Shown here piece by piece: positions 9,328 to 18,543 of a DNA stretch of 64,000 bases (its first letter is position 1; the number at the start of each line of letters is the position of its first letter). The DNA comes from Longimicrobiales bacterium (GTDB lineage: Bacteria > Gemmatimonadota > Gemmatimonadetes > Longimicrobiales > Gaopeijiaceae). The notes under the pieces were generated by a model that made no database searches, was not told the origin of the DNA, and saw nothing but the letters and a program-made list of their open reading frames with translations. A program made the translations under genes and the position numbers. The stretch covers positions 635,131 to 699,130 of the forward strand of contig CBDDCX010000006.1 in the NCBI GenBank assembly GCA_965226375.1. The letters are read 5' to 3'.

Positions 9328-9984
9328 ATGAGCCACGCTGCAACCGCGACGATGGACCGTAGGCCCATGCCCGGCATGAAGGTCTACAACAACAAGCTGG
9401 GCATGTGGGTGTTCCTCCTCAGCGAGGTGATGTTCTTCACCTCGCTGATCGGCTCGTACGTGATACTCCGCTTCGCACACCCGGACCATTGGACGAACCC
9501 GGGCGTAGTCTTGAACGTCCCGCTCACGGCCATGAACACGTTCTTTCTGATCTGCTCTTCAGTGACGATGGTGAAAGCGTTCGCGGCCGTCGAACACGGA
9601 GATCAAAAGGGCCTCAAGCTCTGGCTCCTGGCCACGATCCTTATCGGAGCGTCCTTCGTGGGTATTCAGGTCGTCGAGTACATCGCCCTGTCCGGCGAGG
9701 GATTCCTTCCCGCACTCGATGCGTACCACGCCGTGGGGCGTGGCAATCCCCACGATGGCCCGGCACTCGGTGGCCCGCTGTACGGGGCGACCTTCTACGC
9801 CATGACAGGCTTTCACGGTGCACACGTCTCCATTGGTGTGCTCGCCCTGATTTTCGTATATGTCAAAGCACTCCGTGGAGGATACACCACGGAGGACCAC
9901 CAGGGCGTCGAGGTCATAGGCCTGTATTGGCACTTCGTAGACCTGGTGTGGATCATTCTCTTCACCATCGTCTACCTGATTTGA
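9328..9984 (+). CDS. coxC: Cytochrome c oxidase subunit III
   Basis: GMWVFLLSEVMFF, TGFHGAHV, LYWHFVDLVW. Confidence 0.96.
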   Translation: MSHAATATMDRRPMPGMKVYNNKLGMWVFLLSEVMFFTSLIGSYVILRFAHPDHWTNPGVVLNVPLTAMNTFFLICSSVTMVKAFAAVEHGDQKGLKLWLLATILIGASFVGIQVVEYIALSGEGFLPALDAYHAVGRGNPHDGPALGGPLYGATFYAMTGFHGAHVSIGVLALIFVYVKALRGGYTTEDHQGVEVIGLYWHFVDLVWIILFTIVYLI

Positions 9985-9997
9985 GCGAGGAGGAGTA

Positions 9998-10264
9998 ATG
10001 GAAGAGCATGCTGAGCAGCCCCGTTATGTCCTGATCTGGTTCGTCCTTCTCGTGCTGACGTTGGGCGAGGTGGGGTACGCCTTCTTGGATCTCCCGAAGG
10101 TTTGGCTAGCCACGGGATTGATCATCATGGCCCTTTACAAGGCCCTGTTGGTGGCGATGTACTACATGCATCTCCGCTATGAGCCCCGACGACTTTGGGT
10201 GTTGGCCGCATCACCGCTTCCACTTGTGCTGATCCTGATCCTCGCGGTCATTACGGAGTTCTAA
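9998..10264 (+). CDS. coxD: Cytochrome c oxidase subunit IV (CtaF-like)
   Basis: Three TM; KALLVAMYYMHLRYE motif; strong RBS. Confidence 0.9.
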   Translation: MEEHAEQPRYVLIWFVLLVLTLGEVGYAFLDLPKVWLATGLIIMALYKALLVAMYYMHLRYEPRRLWVLAASPLPLVLILILAVITEF

Positions 10265-10324
10265 GAAGAGTGTCCGCCTCTACCATGGTCATGCCCCAAC
10301 CCGTGCCCGAGGGAGGGCGGTAGT

Positions 10325-10483
10325 TTGGATAACGAGGGTCTGCGACTGGGACTATTCCTGGCTGGCCTCTTGATGGCGTCGGTCCCAGTTTCGTTGGGTG
10401 TTGCGTTCGGCGTCTTCCTCTTCAAGGAGTTCAAGAGGGATCGCATGCGGGATGAGGGAGGCCATCAGCAAAGGGAGGCATGA
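10325..10483 (+). CDS. Small single-TM protein (52 aa), absent from the ORF track
   Basis: GGAGGG RBS, TTG start, MDNEGLRLGLFLAGLLMASVPVSLGVAFGVFLFKEFKRDR..; stop overlaps the next ATG (ATGA). Confidence 0.7.
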   Translation: MDNEGLRLGLFLAGLLMASVPVSLGVAFGVFLFKEFKRDRMRDEGGHQQREA

Positions 10484-11445
10484 TGAGGCAACGTTTCCGC
10501 AGCGTGGTTCCTCGGGGTGTCATCGCCGGAGTTCTCGGCGCCACGGCACTGGCGTTTTGGTTTCTCATCATCGACGGCTCACAGGGACAACCGTTCAGAA
10601 CGCCGGGATTCCTGGCCGGCGCGCTGCTCGGCACCGGAGATATCAGCGGGGGCCTGGGCCCCGTCCTCCTGTACACGGTCATCCACTACACGGCTTTCAT
10701 AAGCGTGGGGCTCCTGGTGTCGTGGGCACTATCGAAGATCTACACGGCGCCGAACGTGTTCCTTGGGCTGGTGCTCGGATTCGCCCTCTTCGACATCGTT
10801 TTCTACACGAGTGTCTCGGTCACAGGTGTAGATGTCATTGCGGAACTCGGCTGGCCGGCAGTGCTGGCCGGTAATCTCATCGCCGGCGTAGTTTTGATGG
10901 GGTTTCTCCACCTCACCGGCGCCACGCCCCCGGTGTCCTGGTGGTCGTTGCTGGGACAACATCGGATGATCAAGGAGGGACTTGTCTCCGGACTGATCGG
11001 AGCCTGCGTCGTGGCTCTTTGGTTCCTGATCATCGATATGGGCCGCGGACAACCGTTCTTCACACCAGGGGCCCTGGGCTCGGCACTATTTCTCGGCTCT
11101 ACCGATCTGGCCGCCGTCAACGTGTCGAGTGCCACCGTGCTGGGATATACGATCATTCACTTCGGCGCCTTCATCGCCACCGGATTCGTCGCGGCGGCAA
11201 TTGCGTGTTACGCAGAGGACACACCTCCGCTGATCCTCGCCGGAGTAATGCTCTTCGTGGCCTTCGAGGCATTCTTCATGGGACTTATGGCCCTGGCTGC
11301 CGAGTTCCTTCTCGGACCCCTGGCTTGGTGGGCGATCGCCGTGGGAAATCTGTTGGCCTCGGTTGCTATGGGCTGGTACCTGTGGGTCAAGCACCCGAAG
11401 CTGCAGCTCGTCCTTGCGGAGAACCCGCTCGATAAGACCGACTAA
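10480..11445 (+). CDS. Uncharacterised internally duplicated membrane protein
   Basis: Two homologous halves: G..GA...A.WFLIID...GQPF.TPG.L...L and YT.IH..AFI..G in each. Confidence 0.8.
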   Translation: MMRQRFRSVVPRGVIAGVLGATALAFWFLIIDGSQGQPFRTPGFLAGALLGTGDISGGLGPVLLYTVIHYTAFISVGLLVSWALSKIYTAPNVFLGLVLGFALFDIVFYTSVSVTGVDVIAELGWPAVLAGNLIAGVVLMGFLHLTGATPPVSWWSLLGQHRMIKEGLVSGLIGACVVALWFLIIDMGRGQPFFTPGALGSALFLGSTDLAAVNVSSATVLGYTIIHFGAFIATGFVAAAIACYAEDTPPLILAGVMLFVAFEAFFMGLMALAAEFLLGPLAWWAIAVGNLLASVAMGWYLWVKHPKLQLVLAENPLDKTD

Positions 11446-11478
11446 ACACTGCGGAACTGACCAAAGTCCGCTTGGACA

Positions 11479-11508
11479 GACGCCCCGGGCCCTCGCCTGG
11501 GGCGTTTT
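11479..11508 (+). terminator. Rho-independent terminator closing the respiratory cluster
   Basis: GACGCCCCGGGC-cctc-GCCTGGGGCGTT followed by T run. Confidence 0.7.
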
Positions 11509-11586
11509 CCGTCGGTTCCGGTCGGGTTACAATTCCGCCAAACGAACGCCAACGACAGCGCTCACTGAGAGCTTGCCGAGGATATC

Positions 11587-14500
11587 ATGACCCAGTCGAT
11601 GTCGATGTTGATCGCCGTTGCCCTCGTGGCATTCCCAACGTCGAGGCCGATCTCGGCCCAGGACCCTACGGCTCCTGTACCCTCGAGCTCCGCGCAGCAA
11701 GCCACTTGGGATGTCGACCAGGCACTCGGGCCGGCTATTCCGCTCTCCTTCGAGACGGACGAGGGGACCTGGATGAACGTGGACGTCAGCGCGGACGGCC
11801 AGTCCCTGGTGTTCGACCTGCTGGGCGACCTCTACACCATGCCCATCGGCGGCGGACTGGCCACGCGCATCTCGTCGGGACAGGCCTTCGACATGCAGCC
11901 CCGATACAGCCCGGACGGCTCGAGCATCGCGTTCATCAGCGATCGGGACGGAAACTTCAACGTGTGGCTCATGGAGCCGGACGGATCGAACCCCCGCCAG
12001 GTGTCCGAGGAGGCGGACCGGGAGGTGAACAGCCCGGCGTGGAGCTCGGACGGCCAGTACATCTACGTTCGCAAGCACTTCGTCGATACGCGTTCCCTCG
12101 GTGCCGGCGAAGTGTGGATGTACCACGTGAGCGGAGGAGCGGGCCTGCAGGTGACCGAGAGGGACGGCTGGCAGAAGGACCAGGGAGAACCGGCTGCCTC
12201 GGGAGACGGCCGATACTTGTTCTATAGCCGCAACGTGTACCCGGGCCAAACATTCCAGTACGACAAGAACGTCTATCAGAACATCTACTCCATCTTCCGT
12301 CGCGACCTGACCACGGGTGAGGAACGCGCCGTAGCACGCCGGCCCGGAGGGTCCGTCACGCCAAGGCCCTCTCCCGACGGCACCAAGCTGGCATTCATAA
12401 AGAGAGTGCGGCTCCAGTCGGTGCTGTTCCTGCACGACCTCGCAACGGGCGAAGAGTGGCCGCTCTTCGACGGACTCGACCGCGACCTGCAAGAGGCCTG
12501 GGCCATCCACGGCGTCTACACTCAGTACGACTGGACACCCGACGGTGCCTCGATCGTGATCTGGGGCCAGGGCAAGATCTGGCGTGTGGACACGGCAACG
12601 GGCGAGGCCAACATCATACCGTTCACGGCACAGGTCGATCAGACGATCCATCGGGGCCTGCGCTTTCAACAGGAGGTGGCTCCCGAAAACTTCGACGTGC
12701 GCATGCTACGCGACGTCACAACATCTCCGGCGGGGCGATTCGTCGCCTACTCGGCGCTGGGCAAACTGTACCTTAAAGAACTGCCTCTCGAGGCCCCCCG
12801 GCGTCTGACCCGGGATAACGCCATCGAATTCGCGCCGGCGTTCTCGCCCGACGATCAATGGGTCGCCTACGCCATCTGGACCGACGCGGGGAAAGGCCGT
12901 ATCAGGGTCGTTCGATCCGACGGGAGCGGGGGCCGCAGCGTCGTGACGACTCCCGGGCACTATACCGAGCCCGCGTTCTCGCCTGACGGCCGCTGGCTTG
13001 TCTACCGGTCCACGGGAGGAGATCAGGTTCGCGGCCCGACCCATGGCGAGGACCCCGGGATCTTCGTGGTTCCGGTCGACGGATCAGAGGAACCCCGTAG
13101 GGTTCGCCGGAGCGGAACGCAGCCGAGATTCGATCACACGGGCGAGCGGATCTTCGTGAGCGACACCGCCGACGGGAAGCACGTGCTCCTCAGCGTCGAT
13201 CTGCACGACGCGAACGAGGTGGTCCACTTCCAGTCGGATAACGCCACCCAGATCGTCCCCTCGCCGGACGGTGAGTGGGTCGCGTTCACCGAGCGCTTCC
13301 GCACGTACATCGCGACCTTCCCCCGCTCTGGCCGAACGGTCACGCTCAGTCCCAGCCAGGAGGGCTTCCCCGTAGCCCGGGTGTCCGAGAACACAGGTGA
13401 TCACCTGCACTGGTCGGGTGACGGAAGATCCCTCCATTGGAGCCTGGGCCCCGAGTACTTCACGCGGGATGTCACCGAAACCTTCTCGTTCGTGCGTGGC
13501 GGCACGCGCGACGCCGTGGAGCCCGAGGGCGACGGCCTGGACATCGGATTCTCCCGAGCCAGCGACGTGCCGGCCGGTGTGGTCGCGCTCGTGGACGCGC
13601 GCATCATCCCGCTCGGCGCCGACTCGGGCGAGGACGGTGGCGTCATCGAACGCGGCACCATCGTGGTGACCGGCAATCGCATCACCGCCTTGGGTCCGAC
13701 GAACAGGGTGGCCGTACCCACCGATGCCCTCAGGGTAGACGTTACCGGCAAGACGATCATTCCGGGCATCGTCGACGTGCACGCCCACGTGAGGGGCGCT
13801 TCGGGCGGCATACTGGCTGAAACGACCTGGTCATTCATGGCGAACCTCGCGTACGGGGTCACCACGTCGCACGATCCGTCCAGCAACACCGCCACGGTGT
13901 TCACCAACTCCGAGATGATCCGGGCCGGCGAAAAGGTCGGGCCACGCCTCTTCTCCACGGGCGCCATCCTGTACGGGGCGGAAGGTGACGGAAAGGCCGT
14001 GGTCACCAGTGCCGAAGACGCCGAACGCCATGTCGCTCGAATGAAGGCCGTCGGTGCGTTCAGCGTGAAGAGCTACAATCAGCGCCGTCGCGACGCCCGG
14101 CAGCGGATCATCAAGGCCGCCCGCGATCTCGAGATGATGGTCGTGCCCGAGGGCGGCTCCCTGGTCTACAACAACATGACCATGGTGTACGACGGTCACA
14201 CCGGCGTGGAGCACTCACTTCCGGTGCCGGTCGTGTACAACGACCTGGCCCAGCTCTTCGGACAGAGCTCGACCGGCTACACGCCCACCTTGGTCGTCGG
14301 CTACGGCGGGCTTACGGGGGAGAACTACTGGTACGAGCGGACCAATGTCTGGGAGAACGAGCGCCTACTGAGATTCGTCCCCCACGACGTCGTGGACCCA
14401 CGCTCGCGACGGCGCGTCATGGCGGCCGGAGACGACGACTTCAACCACTTCGCCATTGCGCGCGGCGCCAAGGCCGTGCAGGACGCAGGAGGCCTGGTCG

Positions 14501-14865
14501 CGCTGGGCGCCCACGGGCAGATGCAGGGCCTCGGAGCGCACTGGGAGCTGTGGATGTTCGTGCAGGGGGGCATGACCGAAGTCGAGGCACTCCGGGTCGC
14601 CACCCTCAACGGTGCGCGTTACCTGGGCCTGGACGGAGACCTGGGCTCACTGGAAGTGGGGAAGCTGGCGGACCTGGTCGTGCTGGACGAGAATCCCGCG
14701 GATTCCATCCAGAACTCGGAATCTGTGAGCATGGTCATGGTGAACGGCAGGCTCTACGACGAGGAGATGAACGAGGTCGGGAACCGCCCTCGGGAGCGGA
14801 GGCCCCTCTACTGGGAGCGGAGACCTGAGGCGGCGCCTACTCCTCGTAGCCCAGAAAGCGGTTGA
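11587..14865 (+). CDS. Secreted TolB/PD40 beta-propeller plus amidohydrolase fusion
   Basis: Signal peptide; many P.(F/W)SPDG repeats; PGIVDVHAH and GSLEVGKLADLVVL motifs. Confidence 0.9.
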   Translation: MTQSMSMLIAVALVAFPTSRPISAQDPTAPVPSSSAQQATWDVDQALGPAIPLSFETDEGTWMNVDVSADGQSLVFDLLGDLYTMPIGGGLATRISSGQAFDMQPRYSPDGSSIAFISDRDGNFNVWLMEPDGSNPRQVSEEADREVNSPAWSSDGQYIYVRKHFVDTRSLGAGEVWMYHVSGGAGLQVTERDGWQKDQGEPAASGDGRYLFYSRNVYPGQTFQYDKNVYQNIYSIFRRDLTTGEERAVARRPGGSVTPRPSPDGTKLAFIKRVRLQSVLFLHDLATGEEWPLFDGLDRDLQEAWAIHGVYTQYDWTPDGASIVIWGQGKIWRVDTATGEANIIPFTAQVDQTIHRGLRFQQEVAPENFDVRMLRDVTTSPAGRFVAYSALGKLYLKELPLEAPRRLTRDNAIEFAPAFSPDDQWVAYAIWTDAGKGRIRVVRSDGSGGRSVVTTPGHYTEPAFSPDGRWLVYRSTGGDQVRGPTHGEDPGIFVVPVDGSEEPRRVRRSGTQPRFDHTGERIFVSDTADGKHVLLSVDLHDANEVVHFQSDNATQIVPSPDGEWVAFTERFRTYIATFPRSGRTVTLSPSQEGFPVARVSENTGDHLHWSGDGRSLHWSLGPEYFTRDVTETFSFVRGGTRDAVEPEGDGLDIGFSRASDVPAGVVALVDARIIPLGADSGEDGGVIERGTIVVTGNRITALGPTNRVAVPTDALRVDVTGKTIIPGIVDVHAHVRGASGGILAETTWSFMANLAYGVTTSHDPSSNTATVFTNSEMIRAGEKVGPRLFSTGAILYGAEGDGKAVVTSAEDAERHVARMKAVGAFSVKSYNQRRRDARQRIIKAARDLEMMVVPEGGSLVYNNMTMVYDGHTGVEHSLPVPVVYNDLAQLFGQSSTGYTPTLVVGYGGLTGENYWYERTNVWENERLLRFVPHDVVDPRSRRRVMAAGDDDFNHFAIARGAKAVQDAGGLVALGAHGQMQGLGAHWELWMFVQGGMTEVEALRVATLNGARYLGLDGDLGSLEVGKLADLVVLDENPADSIQNSESVSMVMVNGRLYDEEMNEVGNRPRERRPLYWERRPEAAPTPRSPESG

Positions 14866-15037
14866 GTCGCCATAGGTAATAGGAGAGGCCGGCCGCCAGA
14901 ATCAGGAAGACGCCCCCAAGAACGAGGGCTCCCGTGCCACCTTCCCTGGAGAAGCCCACGAGTTCGTATGCGCCGTAGCCGGCGCAGAAGAGGATAGCGA
15001 ACGCAATGAGGATTCGATGGAAGGCTATGATGGACAC
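14837..15037 (-). CDS. Small two-TM membrane protein
   Basis: 66 aa, two hydrophobic helices, downstream of ctaG. Confidence 0.65.
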   Translation of the reverse strand: MSIIAFHRILIAFAILFCAGYGAYELVGFSREGGTGALVLGGVFLILAAGLSYYLWRLNRFLGYEE

Positions 15038-15211
15038 GTGCTTCTCCGAGCGGTGAACAATGGGGCACTAATCTAGTGTCCCGTCCCAGAGTTCGCTGGC
15101 ATTGATCTCGCTACGCGGCGACCGATGCACCGGGCCTCGATGCGTCGAGGGCCTCGGCGGCGCACGCCCTCGAGTATCCCACTCGACCGCAAAATCACCG
15201 ACACCCCTTGT

Positions 15212-16132
15212 TCAAGGCCTCCACTCGGATGCGCGGGATCCGGCGGCGTTCTCCGCCTCGGTCTTCCAGCCCCGGTATTCGTCCTGGGTCCAGCGAAAGA
15301 AAACGACCGAGATGGCCACCCAGAAGATGAGCATCCCCGGAATCCACATAATCAATCCGCCCAGGCGCTGGTCCTCGAGGGGCGTGAGCGCCGTGACCCG
15401 GGGAGCCAACTCGTACAGCGGATAGAGCAGCTCGTCCGACATGGTGATGAACGCCGAGACCGCCGTGGACGGAATGCCGAACGCGAAGACGTACATCATC
15501 AGCAACGGCCCGGTCGGGATCCTCTCCAACTCGGGGACCGGGTTCACCACCGGCCACCACATCATCGTAGCAACCGAGATGAACATCAGGTGCTGCACGA
15601 TGTGAACGTCGTGATTGGCCAGGGCCGCGTTGTACATCGGAGGCAGGTGCCACCCGATGAAGACCACGTTGTACGCCGCGAACGCCAACACTGGATGGGT
15701 CAGCAAGCGAGCCACCCTCATCACGGCCGATCGCTCCAGCGCCTTGCTGATCAGCCAGCGTGGAATGCCCAAGATCAACAGCGGCGGCATGATGAGCATG
15801 AGCAGCATGTGCTGCACCATGTGGGCCGCGAACAGATACTCGTCCGCAAGGTGGTGAAGCGGGCCGTTCAGCGAAAAAAAGACAATTCCGACCGCGCCCA
15901 GGTACGCCACCACTCGCCACGGGCCCGCGCCCGTGTCAGACCATCCGAAGCGCCTCCGGGCGGGTCCCACGGCCGTCAGGTAGAGGGCCGCCAGGAAAAC
16001 GCAGCCCACCAGCACACTTGCGTGGACCTCGAATCCGAGTATGGCGAACTCATCCACCGGTGGACTCGTTGGCGGGAGGCCGTCCAACCCGGTGCTCGCC
16101 CAGGCAAGGCTCGGTAGCGTAGAGAGTGTCAC
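15212..16132 (-). CDS. ctaG: Cytochrome c oxidase assembly factor (Caa3_CtaG family)
   Basis: LFAAHMVQHMLL, WHLP.MY, HIVQH, EDQRLGGLIMW. Confidence 0.9.
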   Translation of the reverse strand: MTLSTLPSLAWASTGLDGLPPTSPPVDEFAILGFEVHASVLVGCVFLAALYLTAVGPARRRFGWSDTGAGPWRVVAYLGAVGIVFFSLNGPLHHLADEYLFAAHMVQHMLLMLIMPPLLILGIPRWLISKALERSAVMRVARLLTHPVLAFAAYNVVFIGWHLPPMYNAALANHDVHIVQHLMFISVATMMWWPVVNPVPELERIPTGPLLMMYVFAFGIPSTAVSAFITMSDELLYPLYELAPRVTALTPLEDQRLGGLIMWIPGMLIFWVAISVVFFRWTQDEYRGWKTEAENAAGSRASEWRP

Positions 16133-16268
16133 GCAGGATCTGCTCGGGTGGCCATCAGGAGAGGACGCGGCTCGATACCCGATGATGGAGTCGGGGATCC
16201 TTTGATAGAGGTCTACGAGCGGACGGCAGCGGGGATCGACGTGGCCATTGCCGCGTTCGAGGCGGACC

Positions 16269-17570
16269 TCACGAGGGAGATGGCGCGGTTCGAAGAGCTC
16301 GGTGGCGGGTGACGTTGCCGTGAGCCTCAGCGGTGACCGCTAACGCAGCTACGGGCATCGGCGTGGAGGCTGTCACCCGATCGAGGCCGAAGATCAGATC
16401 GGCCACCAGATCCTCCCCGGCCTCGATGCCTACCGAGAGACGCAGTAGGCTGTCTCCGACACCGGCAACCGCCCTCGCCTCCTCGTCCATCGCGGCGTGG
16501 GTCATGGTCGCCGGATGGCAGACCAGGCTCTCCACACCACCCAGAGACTCCGCCAGCGTGAACAGTCCGAGGCCCTCCAGGAACGCCCGCACCTGCTCTG
16601 TTCCTCCCTCCAGTTCGAAGCTGACCATGCCTCCGAAGCCAGACTGCTGCGAGGCTGCGATCCCGTGCCCGGGATGGTCCTCGAGACTCGGGTGATGCAC
16701 CCGCTTCACCGCCTCGTGCCGCCGCAACGCGTCCACGATCCCTAGGGCATTGGTCTCATGCAACCGCATGCGTGCATGCAGGGTCCTGATCCCTCTCATG
16801 GTCAGGAACGAGTCGAAGGGCGAGCCGGTCACTCCCAGCGCGTTGGCCCACCACGCCACCTCCTCGGCCAGACCGGCGGTGCGTGCGACCACGGCACCAC
16901 CTACGACGTCGGAGTGCCCGTTGAGGTATTTGGTCGTCGAGTGGACCACCAGATCAGCGCCCAGTTCGATGGGTCGCTGAAGGGCCGGTGAAAGGAATGT
17001 GTTGTCGACGACCACGCAGGCGTCCACGGCGCGCGCCCGCTCGACGATGGCGGCGATGTCGACCACCCGGAGCAGCGGATTGCTCGGAGTCTCCACCCAG
17101 ACCATGCTGGGCTTGTCCGCGAAGACTTGGTCCAGGCGGCTCGCGTCCGTCTGATCGACGAGCGCGAGTCGGAAATGGCCTTTGCGAGCGAAGCTGGTGA
17201 GGAGCCGATGAGTCCCCCCGTAGCAGTCGTGGGGTGCCACGATCAGATCGTCCGGTCCGAGCAACTGAAGCACCGTCGTGACCGCCGCCATGCCCGAGGC
17301 GGTGATCACGGCGTCGTGGCCACCCTCCAGCTCGGCAAGCGCCTTCCCAAGAATATCCCTCGTGGGATTTCCCGATCGGGTATAGTCGTACTGGCGCTGC
17401 TCGCCGAGTCCCTTGAATGAGAACGTCGAAGAGAGATGGATGGGCGGGATGACGGATCCATGCTCACGGTTTACCGCCACTCCCGCTCGGACAGCACGCG
17501 TCTCGGCCCGGTTCTCGGGCCGCGTATCGGGCCGGATCCCGGCTCGGGCCTCGAAGCGGCGCTCAGTCAT
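16269..17570 (-). CDS. metB: Cystathionine gamma-synthase
   Basis: YTRSGNPT, ETPSNP, DNTF, HSTTKYLNGHSD (PLP Lys), AESLGGVESL. Confidence 0.92.
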   Translation of the reverse strand: MTERRFEARAGIRPDTRPENRAETRAVRAGVAVNREHGSVIPPIHLSSTFSFKGLGEQRQYDYTRSGNPTRDILGKALAELEGGHDAVITASGMAAVTTVLQLLGPDDLIVAPHDCYGGTHRLLTSFARKGHFRLALVDQTDASRLDQVFADKPSMVWVETPSNPLLRVVDIAAIVERARAVDACVVVDNTFLSPALQRPIELGADLVVHSTTKYLNGHSDVVGGAVVARTAGLAEEVAWWANALGVTGSPFDSFLTMRGIRTLHARMRLHETNALGIVDALRRHEAVKRVHHPSLEDHPGHGIAASQQSGFGGMVSFELEGGTEQVRAFLEGLGLFTLAESLGGVESLVCHPATMTHAAMDEEARAVAGVGDSLLRLSVGIEAGEDLVADLIFGLDRVTASTPMPVAALAVTAEAHGNVTRHRALRTAPSPS

Positions 17571-18543
17571 GATGGGCCTCCGCTTCCAGAACGTTACGGA
17601 TCAGACGGCTCACCGCCTGATCCTCCTTCAGGAACGCGTCGTGCCCGAAAATCGATGCGATCCGCACCGCCCTGCCCGAGCTCGGCAGCCTCCGCACCAG
17701 CTCGGCCACCAACCACGGCGGCACGAGTGTGTCGGAATCCACCGACATCGCGGTGGTGGGGACCAGGACGTCCTCGGGTTCCACACGGTGGATGTCGAGG
17801 GACTGAGTAAGTGTCCGGAAGGCTGTCGCGTCGAACTGACGACTGAAGCGGCCCCCGTGGTACTCGAGATAATCCTCCACCGCAAAACGAGGGGGGCCCT
17901 GGTCCCAGTTCGGCGAAGATGCAAAACGCTGCTCGAATTCTTCAGGAGTCCGATACGTCGTCATGGCCAAGGCTCTGGCGAGCGCCAGCCCGTCCTCCTC
18001 TCGGCCCGATTCTGCCGCAAGCTCCACGATGCGCCGCTGAATCACCCTCAGGCCGACCGCCATGGGGTGAGCACGGTGGGCCGCACATAGCACCAGAAGT
18101 CGGCGAACCCGCTCCGGATAGAGCGCGCCGAGGGCGAGGCCCACCATTCCGCCGTACGACGCGCCCACAAACCCGTGTAGCTGCTCGATCTCGAGGTGGT
18201 CGAGCACGCGGGCTACCGCATGGGCCTGGTCCTCGGTGGTCACCACGGGAGGGCCCGACCCGCTGGCAACCGGACCCGTCGAATCGCCGGCACCGCCGAG
18301 CCAGTCGATGCTCACGATGCGGTAGCGCTCCGGGTCCAGACCCCCACCCGAGCCCACCACACCCGGCCACCATCCGGCGGCGCCGTCCGGCTTCCCGCAA
18401 ACAAAGCGGTGTGCCGAGATGCCCCCGAGCACGAACACCGCCGGGGCGTCCTCGGCCCCGTACGAGGCGTAGGCCACCGTGTCTCCCGCGGCGGAGTCCC
18501 GCAGGGACACCGTGCCGCACGGCTGCGCGGCCACGGCCGTCAT
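17563..18543 (-). CDS. metX: Homoserine O-acyl(succinyl/acetyl)transferase, MetX family
   Basis: LGGISA, GWW, GASYGG nucleophile, GHDAFL; lies in Met operon. Confidence 0.88.
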   Translation of the reverse strand: MTAVAAQPCGTVSLRDSAAGDTVAYASYGAEDAPAVFVLGGISAHRFVCGKPDGAAGWWPGVVGSGGGLDPERYRIVSIDWLGGAGDSTGPVASGSGPPVVTTEDQAHAVARVLDHLEIEQLHGFVGASYGGMVGLALGALYPERVRRLLVLCAAHRAHPMAVGLRVIQRRIVELAAESGREEDGLALARALAMTTYRTPEEFEQRFASSPNWDQGPPRFAVEDYLEYHGGRFSRQFDATAFRTLTQSLDIHRVEPEDVLVPTTAMSVDSDTLVPPWLVAELVRRLPSSGRAVRIASIFGHDAFLKEDQAVSRLIRNVLEAEAHHD

